Part shown: piece by piece, positions 1 to 9,455 of the stretch | How the letters are laid out: every line of letters begins with the position of its first letter | How positions within the stretch are numbered: position 1 is the first letter of the stretch | DNA from: Bacillota bacterium | Lineage (GTDB): Bacteria > Bacillota > Clostridia > Oscillospirales > Oscillospiraceae | NCBI GenBank assembly: GCA_023395775.1 | Contig: JAEWYA010000244.1 | Coordinates: 1-42,812, forward strand | DNA length: 42,812 nucleotides | Reading direction: 5' to 3' | The notes under the pieces: model-generated | The model's database searches: none | What the model saw: the letters and a program-made list of their open reading frames with translations, nothing else | What the model was told of the DNA's origin: nothing | Position numbers and translations under genes: made by a program

Positions 1-119
1 TTCCGCGGCTGCCGGCTTTTTCACTCTATGCCCCTCTGCCACACAGAGGATGCCATGGAAACATTTACAGATTGCAAAAAGTTACAAATCAGTTACAATG
101 ATTGTACGGAGGTGGCAAA

Positions 120-1463
120 ATGAAAAACGTAAAAAACAAACTCATCTTTGTCCTTACATCAGCGATTCTTGCGGCCGGCCTGACGGTAAGCGCCTCAGCG
201 CAGAGCTTTACCTACGGAACATCCTGCCCTGGAAACGGCACGGACTGGAACACCATTCTCTCAAAGGCGGGCAATTCGAACTGTCTGTCCGATTCCGGCA
301 GCTTCACCAGCCCGTACGGTTCAGATTCTTCCAATGTTCTGTCCAGTTCGGATCTGAAATCTCTGTTGGGAGATCTGTATTCCTATTGCCCGTCCGGGCA
401 AGTCTCCGACAGTACCGGGGCATTGGCCGAAACCCAAACGAACACGGCCGGAACAAGTCAGACCTGCCCGAATACCGCAAAGCAGGATACCGCCGACAAG
501 CAGAGTGCACCGAACGTTCAGGCTGCTGCCGACAAGAATTCCTGCCCGACCACAGCCTCTAAGCAGACAGATAGCAGCACAGGCACTGCCGCAGAGGCGT
601 CCGCTCCTTCTGAAAAAGCAGTCACAGAACCAAAAACTGTCGCGCAGACAGCGGAGACAAAAGCTGCGGCAAAAACCGAAGCCGCCGCTCAGGACAGCTC
701 TGCCCCCGCTGCGGCATGTGCCCCGGCTTCCAGCAGCTGCAATACGGTTGCCAACCAGACCGCATCCGGTTCCAATGCCTCGCAGTCCGGAAACACCCTG
801 ATGCAGTGCATCGACAGTTTCCTGAAAAAATGCGGCATTAATCTGAATTCCATGGGCATTACCCTACCGGGCTGCGGGAATACGGCGGCTTCCGTCCCCG
901 CTTCCAACGGGACGGATAAAACCGCACAGCAGCCGAGCACGACCGGCAATACCGGCACGTCCGCGCCCGCCGGAGGCAATGCGAACACAGCCAATCAGAC
1001 CAAACCTTCCGGCAGCGGACAGTCTGCTCCGGCCACAACCCCTTCCAATCAGAGCGGTTCCACCTCCTCAAACACGCAAAAAGCGGACAATCAGAGCTTT
1101 GAGGAGCAAGTTGCAGCGCTTGTCAACGAGCAGCGTGCCGCCAATGGCCTACAGCCTCTGACACTCAGCTCGAAGCTGTCCAACGCGGCACGGGTCAAGT
1201 CCCAGGATATGCACGACAAGCACTACTTCGCTCACGAAAGCCCCACTTACGGTTCCCCCTTTGATATGCTCAAATCCTTCGGGATCAGCTACCGTGCGGC
1301 AGGTGAAAATATTGCCATGGGCTATGCCACGCCTGAGGCGGTTATGAACGCCTGGATGAATTCTTCCGGTCACCGGGCCAACATTCTCAACGCCTCCTAT
1401 ACGCAGATCGGCGTTGGATATGTGGCGGACGGAAACTACTGGACGCAGGAATTCACCGGCTGA
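120..1463 (+). CDS. Secreted CAP/SCP (YkwD-like) domain protein with long low-complexity Ser/Thr/Ala/Gln/Asn region
   Basis: GGAGGT RBS before ATG 120; signal peptide (MKNVKNKLIFVLTSAILAAGLTVSASA); C-terminal CAP motifs LVNEQRAANGL, YFAHESPTYGSPFDM, GENIAMG, WMNSSGHRANIL, YWTQEF. Confidence 0.9.
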   Translation: MKNVKNKLIFVLTSAILAAGLTVSASAQSFTYGTSCPGNGTDWNTILSKAGNSNCLSDSGSFTSPYGSDSSNVLSSSDLKSLLGDLYSYCPSGQVSDSTGALAETQTNTAGTSQTCPNTAKQDTADKQSAPNVQAAADKNSCPTTASKQTDSSTGTAAEASAPSEKAVTEPKTVAQTAETKAAAKTEAAAQDSSAPAAACAPASSSCNTVANQTASGSNASQSGNTLMQCIDSFLKKCGINLNSMGITLPGCGNTAASVPASNGTDKTAQQPSTTGNTGTSAPAGGNANTANQTKPSGSGQSAPATTPSNQSGSTSSNTQKADNQSFEEQVAALVNEQRAANGLQPLTLSSKLSNAARVKSQDMHDKHYFAHESPTYGSPFDMLKSFGISYRAAGENIAMGYATPEAVMNAWMNSSGHRANILNASYTQIGVGYVADGNYWTQEFTG

Positions 1464-1501
1464 TACTCCAACGGTCCATAGAAAGATACAGAAATACCTT
1501 G

Positions 1502-1536
1502 ATGCGCCGCGGGAGAGATCCCGCGGCGCATTTTTT
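1502..1536 (+). terminator. Rho-independent terminator of the CAP gene
   Basis: 13-bp stem ATGCGCCGCGGGA/TCCCGCGGCGCAT, GAGA loop, followed by a T run. Confidence 0.85.
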
Positions 1537-1548
1537 GAAGGATTTTAG

Positions 1549-1587
1549 AAAGAACAGGCTAAAGAGACAATCTTTAGCCTGTTCTTT
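1549..1587 (-). terminator. Terminator hairpin for the LacI gene (possibly bidirectional)
   Basis: 17-bp inverted repeat AAAGAACAGGCTAAAGA/TCTTTAGCCTGTTCTTT with a 5-nt loop, about 10 nt past the LacI stop. Confidence 0.7.
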
Positions 1588-1597
1588 GCTACTGATT

Positions 1598-2656
1598 TCA
1601 TAGTTCGGAGTGATAGCCGATGGCGCTCTCCCTCTCTACAAGGTGCGTCGAAATCGTTGTGCGCAGCACGCCGATTCTCTCGTCGGACAATGCGTGCGTA
1701 CCATCCTGAATTCGCTGGTACAACAGGTCCATTGAGGTCATTCCCATCAGACTTTTCATAACCCGGATGGTCGTGAGCGGCGGGTCAACCATCGTGCACA
1801 CCGGCATATCGTCGAATCCGACAATGGACACGTCCTCCGGTATTCGGTACCCTCTTGACTTGAACGCGCGAATACAGGCGGCCGCGATGATGTCGTTGTC
1901 CGCGAAAAAGGCGGAGAGCGGCTTGCCGCCGTCGTCGAGCCATTTAGCCATATCATAAAACGCATCTTCGGAAGAAATACCGACATGAATGCGCTGCAGC
2001 GGTGTGTGCTCGCTGATGCCAAATTTCCGACGCGCTTTCATAACGCCGGATTCGCGCTCGTCGAAAGAGTCGATACGGCTTTTAGAACGAAGGTATCCCA
2101 CATCGGGATGATTTTTATTCAGCAAATACATAACCGCGTGATACGCGCCGCCAAGATTGTCGGTTACAACGCAGTCCACATCCACCATACTGGTGGCATT
2201 GTCTACCAACACCACAGGAATCGGCTGCCTTCCGAGACCGTGCTCAATGGCTTTTTGGATATGCCGATCCTCGATTTCTGTGGCCAGAACAATGAACCCC
2301 GCGACATCCTTGCAGATGCTTGCAATTTGTTCATCCCAGTCTCCGTTTGCATCGAAGTAGCTGATCAGCACGTTATACCCGTATGCCTTCGCCTTGGATT
2401 CGATGCCCTGCAAGACAATGGAGTAAAAGGACGTTTCCTTCACAGTGGATCCGCCGTCCAGAAAAATTACATAGCGAATATTTTGAGCGCAAGTCGGCGA
2501 CGATTCGGTTTGCTTCGCATATCCCACGCGAACAGCCTCGGCCAAAATTTTTTCGCGGGTCGCAACGCTTACCCCGGGCTTTCCGTTCATCGCCAGAGAG
2601 ACGGCGGCGGGGGAGACTCCGAGCTTTTCGGCAATCTCTTTTGCAGTAACAGTCAT
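1598..2656 (-). CDS. LacI-family transcriptional regulator, probable regulator of the arabinose operon
   Basis: N-terminal HTH TAKEIAEKLGVSPAAVSLAMNGKPGVS; C-terminal IPEDVSIVGFDD and PPLTTI; divergent from the sugar operon. ATG 2656 chosen from the AAGGA/GAGG RBS (alternative start 2689). Confidence 0.9.
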   Translation of the reverse strand: MTVTAKEIAEKLGVSPAAVSLAMNGKPGVSVATREKILAEAVRVGYAKQTESSPTCAQNIRYVIFLDGGSTVKETSFYSIVLQGIESKAKAYGYNVLISYFDANGDWDEQIASICKDVAGFIVLATEIEDRHIQKAIEHGLGRQPIPVVLVDNATSMVDVDCVVTDNLGGAYHAVMYLLNKNHPDVGYLRSKSRIDSFDERESGVMKARRKFGISEHTPLQRIHVGISSEDAFYDMAKWLDDGGKPLSAFFADNDIIAAACIRAFKSRGYRIPEDVSIVGFDDMPVCTMVDPPLTTIRVMKSLMGMTSMDLLYQRIQDGTHALSDERIGVLRTTISTHLVERESAIGYHSEL

Positions 2657-2705
2657 AGCCTCAATTCCTTTATCTATGTTATATGACATAAGCTATCTTA
2701 TTTGC

Positions 2706-2734
2706 ATTATATCTAAATTTATATAAAAAAGCAA
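2706..2734 (-). promoter_or_regulatory. Sigma-A-like promoter of the LacI gene
   Basis: Minus strand TTGCTT-N17-TATAAT. Confidence 0.6.
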
Positions 2735-2871
2735 TGCTCTCAACTAAATTTAACAAATTATTAAGAAAATAATTTAGCGCATTCATAAGCTGCCACACTG
2801 CTTTTTATCTAAAAATTTACAGCAGTTATTGGACAATATGCGGAAAATCGTTTACGTACCCGTAGTTATAA

Positions 2872-2900
2872 TTGACATATTTGTGCAATAGTGCTAAACT
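2872..2900 (+). promoter_or_regulatory. Sigma-A-like promoter of the ABC/ara operon
   Basis: TTGACA-N17-TAAACT with extended TG. Confidence 0.65.
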
Positions 2901-3028
2901 CAAACTAAAGGTGCAAGGGAAAATAGAACTAATTATTTACATAAAAATTAAGCGCCTCCAACTTACGGATCCGCGTGTCCGAAACACGCATGCATACTAA
3001 AATATCAAGATGAAAGGGAGCATTCACA

Positions 3029-4117
3029 ATGAAGAAGTTTTTGGCACTTGCACTCTCTCTGGTCATGGCAGTCTCTCTTGCAGCCTGCGGCTCCACCCCA
3101 AGCACTCCTGCCGCCAGCGCCAGTGGCAGCGGCAGCGCAAGCAGCGTAGCCGCTTCCGGTTCCGGGGATCAGCTGATTACCGTCGGCTTTGCGCAGGTCG
3201 GCCACGAGTCCGACTGGCGTACCGCTTCCACCAAGTCTGTGCAGGAGGCGTTTTCCAAAGAGAACGGCTTTGACCTGCAGTTTGTGGATTGCGACAACGA
3301 CTCCGCCGCGCAGCTGGAGGCAGTCCGGAACTTCATCGAGCAGGATGTTGACTACATTGTCATCGACCCCATTGTCTCCACCGGCTGGGACACGGTTCTG
3401 ACCGAAGCTGACGACGCCGGCATCCCTGTGATCGTCATTGACCGTACGATTGACGACTCCGACAAGTACATCTCCTGGGTCGGTTCCGAGTTCACAAACG
3501 AGGGCCTGGCCGCTGGCGCGTGGTTAAGGGACTATGCCAAGCTGAAGGGCATCTCCGAGCTGAATGTTCTGGTTATTGAGGGTACCACCGGTTCCTCCGC
3601 CCAGATCGGCCGTACCAACGGCTTCAAGAAGCTTGCTGATGAAAACGGCTGGAATATCATCGACTCTCAGAGCGGCGACTTCACGCAGGAGGGCGGCCAG
3701 AAGGTCATGGAGTCCTACTGCAAGTCCTATGCCGGCAAGTTCAACGTGGTTGTCTGCCAGAATGATAACGAGGCCTTCGGCGCCGAGGATGCTATGAGCG
3801 CGGCTGGCATCAGCTACGGCGTGGGCGGCGACGTGATCCTGATCTCCTTCGACGCCTGCACCGCCGGTTTGACGGATGTGCTGGCCGGTAAGATCAACGC
3901 CGACTTCCAGTGCAACCCCCTGCAGGGTCCCTTCTGCGCCGACATTGTTTCCAAACTGGCAGCCGGTCAGACAGTTGAGAAGAAAACCTACATGGAAGAG
4001 CCTTGGTATGTCTCCGAGGATGCTCTGACTGAGATTACTTACACCAACAACGCGGGTAAGGAAGTTACCGAACCTCTGGTGCATGTGACCCAGGATGTTG
4101 TCGACGCCGCCTACTAA
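3029..4117 (+). CDS. Sugar ABC transporter substrate-binding lipoprotein (YtfQ-like)
   Basis: Lipobox SLAAC; VGFAQVGHESDWR motif typical of YtfQ-type periplasmic binding proteins; first gene of the ABC cluster. Confidence 0.9.
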   Translation: MKKFLALALSLVMAVSLAACGSTPSTPAASASGSGSASSVAASGSGDQLITVGFAQVGHESDWRTASTKSVQEAFSKENGFDLQFVDCDNDSAAQLEAVRNFIEQDVDYIVIDPIVSTGWDTVLTEADDAGIPVIVIDRTIDDSDKYISWVGSEFTNEGLAAGAWLRDYAKLKGISELNVLVIEGTTGSSAQIGRTNGFKKLADENGWNIIDSQSGDFTQEGGQKVMESYCKSYAGKFNVVVCQNDNEAFGAEDAMSAAGISYGVGGDVILISFDACTAGLTDVLAGKINADFQCNPLQGPFCADIVSKLAAGQTVEKKTYMEEPWYVSEDALTEITYTNNAGKEVTEPLVHVTQDVVDAAY

Positions 4118-4129
4118 TACGTGACAGGG

Positions 4130-4165
4130 AAAGGGTGGCTCCTAATTTTGGAGCCACCCTTTTTT
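4130..4165 (+). terminator. Internal terminator or stabilising hairpin after the binding-protein gene
   Basis: AAAGGGTGGCTCC/GGAGCCACCCTTT stem with a T tail, between the SBP and ATPase genes. Confidence 0.7.
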
Positions 4166-4190
4166 AGATTATAAAAAGGGAGCAACAGCC

Positions 4191-5705
4191 ATGGAGGAAC
4201 AAGTTCTGTTAACAATGCGTGATATCACCAAGACCTTTCCCGGCGTGATAGCTCTGGATCACGCGCAGCTGACACTGCGAAAGGGCGAGGTTCACGCACT
4301 GATGGGTGAAAACGGCGCAGGGAAATCGACGATTATCAAGTGTCTGACCGGCGTCTATGAGCGGGATGCCGGTGAGGTGTGCATGGAAGGCGTGGAGGGC
4401 AACATATGGAACCACTCCACGCAGGATGCGCAGAACATCGGCATTGCCACCGTCTATCAGGAAATTAACCTCTGTCCCAACCTGAGCGTAGCGGAAAATC
4501 TGTTTGTCGGACGACAACCCCAGACCAGGATTCGCACGGTGGATTGGAAGACGATGGACCAGCGTGCGCAGAAGATCATGGATAATCTGGAGATCCATGT
4601 GGATGTGGCCACAACGCTGGAAAACTGCTCCATCGCCATCCAGCAGATGGTCGCGATTGCACGGGCTGTGGACATGGACTGTAAGCTCTTGATTCTGGAT
4701 GAACCTACGTCTTCGCTGGATGACAAAGAGGTCGCCAAGCTGTTCAAGCTGATGCGCACTCTGCGTGACAGCGGCGTCAGTATTGTGTTTGTCACGCACT
4801 TTCTGGAACAGGTATATGAAATCTGCGACCGCATCACCGTCATGCGCAACGGACGTTTTGTGGGAGAGTATTCCGTTTCGGAACTTCCCAGAGTGAAGCT
4901 GGTGGCGGCCATGCTGGGCAAGGACTTCGATGATCTGGCCTCCATTAAGCCGGAGGGATGTGTTTCCGTCAGCGATGAGATCGTGGTGGACGCCGAGCAT
5001 CTCAGCCATAAGGGAACCATCAAGCCCTTTGACTTTAAAATACATAAAGGCGAGGTGGTTGGCGTCACCGGGCTGCTGGGCAGCGGACGCAGCGAGATGG
5101 TTCGGTGTATTTACGGCGCCGACAAGGCCCAGAGCGGTACGGAGCATATGAGGGGAAAAACGCTGAAAATCAATTCTCCTATTGATTCCATCAAGGTCGG
5201 CATGGGTTTCCTTCCGGACGACCGGAAGGCGGACGGCTGTATCGGCGATTTGTCCGTCAGGGAAAATATTATTTTAGCTCTTCAGGCCAGAAGCGGGATG
5301 TTCAAACGGATTCCCCGAGCCAAGCAGGCAGAGATGGCGGATCATCTCATCGATCTGCTACAAATTAAGACCGCATCCCGGGAGACGCCCCTTAACCAGC
5401 TCTCCGGCGGCAACCAGCAGAAGGTCATTCTGGCCCGATGGCTTTGTACCCATCCGGATTTTTTGATTCTGGATGAACCCACCCGGGGCATCGACATCGG
5501 AACCAAAACCGAATTTCAAAGGCTGGTGCTCCAGTTTGCCGCCGAGGGCATGAGCGTCGTGTTTATCTCCTCTGAAATTGAAGAAATGCTTCGTACCTGT
5601 ACACGGATGTGCGTTATGCGCGACGGTGAAAAGGTTGGGGAAATCGAGGGCGATATGACTCAGGAAAGCGTCATGTCCGCGATTGCAGGAGGCGAGAAGA
5701 AATGA
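4191..5705 (+). CDS. Sugar ABC transporter ATP-binding protein (CUT2, YtfR/RbsA-like)
   Basis: Walker A GENGAGKST, two ILDEPT Walker B motifs, LSGGNQQK signature. Confidence 0.95.
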   Translation: MEEQVLLTMRDITKTFPGVIALDHAQLTLRKGEVHALMGENGAGKSTIIKCLTGVYERDAGEVCMEGVEGNIWNHSTQDAQNIGIATVYQEINLCPNLSVAENLFVGRQPQTRIRTVDWKTMDQRAQKIMDNLEIHVDVATTLENCSIAIQQMVAIARAVDMDCKLLILDEPTSSLDDKEVAKLFKLMRTLRDSGVSIVFVTHFLEQVYEICDRITVMRNGRFVGEYSVSELPRVKLVAAMLGKDFDDLASIKPEGCVSVSDEIVVDAEHLSHKGTIKPFDFKIHKGEVVGVTGLLGSGRSEMVRCIYGADKAQSGTEHMRGKTLKINSPIDSIKVGMGFLPDDRKADGCIGDLSVRENIILALQARSGMFKRIPRAKQAEMADHLIDLLQIKTASRETPLNQLSGGNQQKVILARWLCTHPDFLILDEPTRGIDIGTKTEFQRLVLQFAAEGMSVVFISSEIEEMLRTCTRMCVMRDGEKVGEIEGDMTQESVMSAIAGGEKK

Positions 5706-6778
5706 ACAGCCTGAAAAAACTGACCAATAAGACGCTGTTTCTGCCGCTGTTTTGCATGATCCTGGTGCTGCTGATCAACGTCATCAAAAGCCCGGACTTC
5801 TTCTCCATCGCCATCAAAAACGGCGTACTGTACGGCCGACTCGTAGATATTCTGAACCGCGGCAGTGAAATAGCCATTCTGGCCGTGGGACAGACGCTGG
5901 TGGTGGCCGTTTCCGCGGGCACGGATATTTCCGTGGGCTCGGTCATGAGCCTGTCCGCCTGCGGCTGCTGCATGATGCTGGCCGGTTACGGCGTCAACAG
6001 TACAACGGAGCTGGCCGTTCCCATGATCGTCGGCATGCTGTTCGGCGTGCTGCTGGGGGGCGTCTGCGGCGCTTTCAACGGTCTTCTGGTATCCAAGCTG
6101 AAAATCCAGCCCATGGTGGCCACGCTGATCTTGTTCACCGCAGCCCGCGCCGTCGGTTTGCTGCTGTGCGACAATCAGATTACCTATATCCGCTATGAAC
6201 CGTACAAATACCTGGGAAACTTTGTTCCCGGCATTCCTATTCCAACCGCTATTTTCGTAACAATCGCTGTGATTGCGGTAATTTCCCTGCTGCTGAAAAA
6301 GACCGCGCTGGGGCTTTACATCCAGTCCGTAGGCATCAACAGCCGCGCGGCGCGCATTTCCGGAATCAGCTCCAGCAAAATCTGTTTTCTGTGCTACCTG
6401 ATCTCTGGCCTGTGCGCCGGAATCGCCGGCATTGTGGCTTCCTCTCGTATCTATTCCGCCGATTCCAACAACATAGGACTCAACTATGAGCTGGACTCCA
6501 TCCTGGCGGTGGCCCTCGGCGGAAACTCCCTCGGCGGCGGCAAGTTCAATCTGGCCGGTTCCATCATTGGCGCCTATACCATTCAGGCCATCACCACTAC
6601 GCTGCTGGCCATGGGCGTTTCCACGGATCAGGCGCCGGTCATCAAGGCCATCATCGTCGTGATCATCGTTGTGGTGCAGGCTCCCGTCTTCAAGGCGTGG
6701 CTGCAGACCCGCTCAGCCCGCAAGCTGGCTGCAAGAGCCGCTGAATCCGCAGATAAAAAGGAGATGGCCGCAAAATGA
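5702..6778 (+). CDS. Sugar ABC transporter permease (YtfT-like)
   Basis: Polytopic; GTDISVGS and YELDSILAVALGG motifs; ATGA overlap with the ATPase. Confidence 0.9.
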   Translation: MNSLKKLTNKTLFLPLFCMILVLLINVIKSPDFFSIAIKNGVLYGRLVDILNRGSEIAILAVGQTLVVAVSAGTDISVGSVMSLSACGCCMMLAGYGVNSTTELAVPMIVGMLFGVLLGGVCGAFNGLLVSKLKIQPMVATLILFTAARAVGLLLCDNQITYIRYEPYKYLGNFVPGIPIPTAIFVTIAVIAVISLLLKKTALGLYIQSVGINSRAARISGISSSKICFLCYLISGLCAGIAGIVASSRIYSADSNNIGLNYELDSILAVALGGNSLGGGKFNLAGSIIGAYTIQAITTTLLAMGVSTDQAPVIKAIIVVIIVVVQAPVFKAWLQTRSARKLAARAAESADKKEMAAK

Positions 6779-7824
6779 AAACCGAAGTTCGTCTCCCCCA
6801 AACCAGACGTACGATGAACAGCAATTCTCTGCTGCTGCTGATCACCATCGTCCTGTTTGTGGTCATGTATGCCATCGGCTGCATGATCTATGCAGACAAG
6901 GGCTTCTCTCATGTGCAGACCTTTTTGAATCTGCTGATTACCAACGCAGGCCTCATTTGTGTTGCCTGCGGGATGACCTGCGTCATGCTTACCGGCGGGA
7001 TCGACATCTCCGTCGGTTCCCTGATCGCTATGGATTGTATGATTCTGGCCTACGGCATGGGTGTAAAGGGCTGGCCCTGTATTCCGCTTTTGATCGTCGT
7101 GCTTTTGATCGGAGTGGTGTTTGGCGCGGTGCAGGGATATTTGGTCGGCTATATGAAAATCCAGCCTTTCATCGTCACGATGGCAGGCATGTTCTTTGCC
7201 CGCGGTATGACGGCTGTGATCTGCACCGATCAGATTTCCATTACGCAGGATGCCAATGCAACCTTCTATGCCTGGGCTAACCAGAAAATTTATCTGCCTG
7301 CATTTCTGGGATATACCAACAGCAAGGGAAAACTTCAGGTTCCCTATATCCGCCCCACCGTTATCGTCGCGCTGCTGGTAGTCGTCGTCATTTTCCTGGT
7401 GCTGAAGTACACCAAATTTGGCCGCTCTTTGTACGCTGTCGGCGGAAGTGAAAGCTCCGCCGTCATGATGGGCCTGAATGTCAAGCGCACGAAAATGAAA
7501 GCCTACGTCCTCTCGTCATTTTTGTGCTCCATCGGCGGTATCTGCTACTGCCTGAACACCATGTCCGGCTCTGTGCAGCAGGCCCGCGGCTTTGAAATGG
7601 ACGCCATCGCCTCCTCCGTCATCGGCGGCACCCTGCTGACCGGCGGCGTGGGCAATGTGATCGGCTCGCTGTTCGGCGTGCTGATTACAGGTACCATCAA
7701 CACCCTGGTGACCACCAACGGCAAGCTGCTGTCCAGTTGGGCCAACATTGCCACCGCCGCACTGCTGTGCTTCTTCATCATCTTGCAGAGTGTGTTCGCG
7801 TTCCTCAAAAACCGCAGCAAATGA
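6775..7824 (+). CDS. Sugar ABC transporter permease (YjfF-like)
   Basis: [25 protein letters not shown] and [20 protein letters not shown] motifs; ATGA overlap. Confidence 0.9.
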   Translation: MKTEVRLPQTRRTMNSNSLLLLITIVLFVVMYAIGCMIYADKGFSHVQTFLNLLITNAGLICVACGMTCVMLTGGIDISVGSLIAMDCMILAYGMGVKGWPCIPLLIVVLLIGVVFGAVQGYLVGYMKIQPFIVTMAGMFFARGMTAVICTDQISITQDANATFYAWANQKIYLPAFLGYTNSKGKLQVPYIRPTVIVALLVVVVIFLVLKYTKFGRSLYAVGGSESSAVMMGLNVKRTKMKAYVLSSFLCSIGGICYCLNTMSGSVQQARGFEMDAIASSVIGGTLLTGGVGNVIGSLFGVLITGTINTLVTTNGKLLSSWANIATAALLCFFIILQSVFAFLKNRSK

Positions 7825-7840
7825 GAGAAGGGGCCGCATT

Positions 7841-9436
7841 ATGAAAGAATCAGAGATCCGGGAGGCCATTGTTTCCGGCAAAACGCAGCTTGGAATCGAG
7901 CTTGGCTCCACAAAAATCAAAGCGGTTCTAATTGACGCCACTTTTTCACCCGTCGCCTCCGGCAGCCACGACTGGAAAAGCACCTATGAAAACGGCAGCT
8001 GGACCTATTCGCTGGAGGAAGTATGGAGCGGCCTGCGGGACTGCTACCGGAATCTGGCGGAGAATGTGCGGCGGCAGTACGGCGTACCTCTGGCCACCGT
8101 TGGCTGTATGGGCTTTTCCGCCATGATGCACGGCTACCTCCCGTTCGACCAGGCGGGGGAATTGCTCACGCCCTTCCGCACCTGGCAGAATACCTCCACC
8201 GCTCAGGCCGCGGCGGAGCTGTCGGAGCTGTTTCAGTTCAACATTCCCCAGCGCTGGAGCATTGCCCATGTGGAACAGGCAATTCTCAACGGAGAGGAGC
8301 ATGTTGCCCGCCTTTCCTATTTGACAACGCTGGCGGGCTATGTCCACTGGCAGCTGACGGGACAAAAGGTGTTGGGAATCGGCGATGCCTCCGGTATGTT
8401 CCCCATCGACAGCGGGACCAATGACTATGACGCACGGATGTTGGCGCAGTATACGCGGCGGAACGCGAATCGCGGGTACGGCTGGACGCTGGGGGATATT
8501 CTGCCGAAGGTGCTGCTGGCCGGCGACAGCGCTGGCCGCCTGACCGAAGCGGGCGCCAGAGCGCTGGACCCCACGGGGCTTCTGCGTCCCGGCATTCCCG
8601 TCTGCCCGCCGGAGGGCGATGCCGGCACTGGCATGGCCGCGACCAATTCCGTTGCGAAACGAACCGGAAATGTCTCCGCCGGAACGTCGGTTTTCTCCAT
8701 GGTGGTACTGGAAAAGGTGCTGAGCGCCTATTATCCGGAGATCGACATGGTGACCACCCCCGCCGGAGCTCCGGTCGCCATGGTACACTGCAACAACTGC
8801 ACAAACGACATGAACGCATGGGTCGGGATGCTGGGCGAGCTTGCAGCGGCAATGGGTGCGCCCGGGGGAGCGGACGCACTCTATCCCCTTCTTTACAGGA
8901 AGGCACTGGAGGGAGAACCGAACTGCGGCGGCTTGCTGCTCTACAACTATCTGGCTGGCGAGCCGATTACCGGCGTGGAGATTGGCCACCCGCTGCTGCT
9001 CCGCGCTGCGGACAGCCGCTTTACCCTTGCCAATTTCTGCCGCGCCAGCCTGTACGCCACGCTGGCTACACTGAAAGTGGGCATGGACCTCCTGACGCAG
9101 GAGCACGTCGCGCTGGATCGGCTCATGGGCCACGGCGGTCTTTTCCGTCAGGAGGGCGTCGGCACAAAGTTCCTGGCTGCCGCAACCAACACGCCGGTGC
9201 AGACCATGGAAACCGCCGCCGTGGGCGGGCCTTACGGTATGGCGCTGCTGGCGTCCTATTCCGCCGACCGCTCCACGGGTGAGACGCTGGAAGACTTTCT
9301 CCAAAATCGCGTGTTTCGCGACGCCCAGGTGCATACCACGCAGCCGAAAGCTGAGGACGTGGCGGCTTTCAGCGCATACCTGAGCCGCTTCAAGGCGGGC
9401 TTGGCCGTTGAAAAGGCCGCTGCCGTTTTAAAATAA
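7841..9436 (+). CDS. araB: FGGY-family carbohydrate kinase, probable L-ribulokinase
   Basis: [31 protein letters not shown] and AMVHCNNC motifs; directly upstream of araA-araD; ATG 7841 follows a purine-rich RBS. Confidence 0.85.
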   Translation: MKESEIREAIVSGKTQLGIELGSTKIKAVLIDATFSPVASGSHDWKSTYENGSWTYSLEEVWSGLRDCYRNLAENVRRQYGVPLATVGCMGFSAMMHGYLPFDQAGELLTPFRTWQNTSTAQAAAELSELFQFNIPQRWSIAHVEQAILNGEEHVARLSYLTTLAGYVHWQLTGQKVLGIGDASGMFPIDSGTNDYDARMLAQYTRRNANRGYGWTLGDILPKVLLAGDSAGRLTEAGARALDPTGLLRPGIPVCPPEGDAGTGMAATNSVAKRTGNVSAGTSVFSMVVLEKVLSAYYPEIDMVTTPAGAPVAMVHCNNCTNDMNAWVGMLGELAAAMGAPGGADALYPLLYRKALEGEPNCGGLLLYNYLAGEPITGVEIGHPLLLRAADSRFTLANFCRASLYATLATLKVGMDLLTQEHVALDRLMGHGGLFRQEGVGTKFLAAATNTPVQTMETAAVGGPYGMALLASYSADRSTGETLEDFLQNRVFRDAQVHTTQPKAEDVAAFSAYLSRFKAGLAVEKAAAVLK

Positions 9437-9455
9437 GAGAATCGAGGAAATTGTC

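Noticed and set aside
1..22. GC-rich run plus TTTTTT at the window start, possibly the end of a terminator or riboswitch upstream of the CAP gene
   Set aside because: The 5' part lies outside the window and cannot be assessed.
7748..7840. N-terminal extension of araB in the ORF track
   Set aside because: Overlaps the permease gene and has no RBS; ATG 7841 fits the family start.
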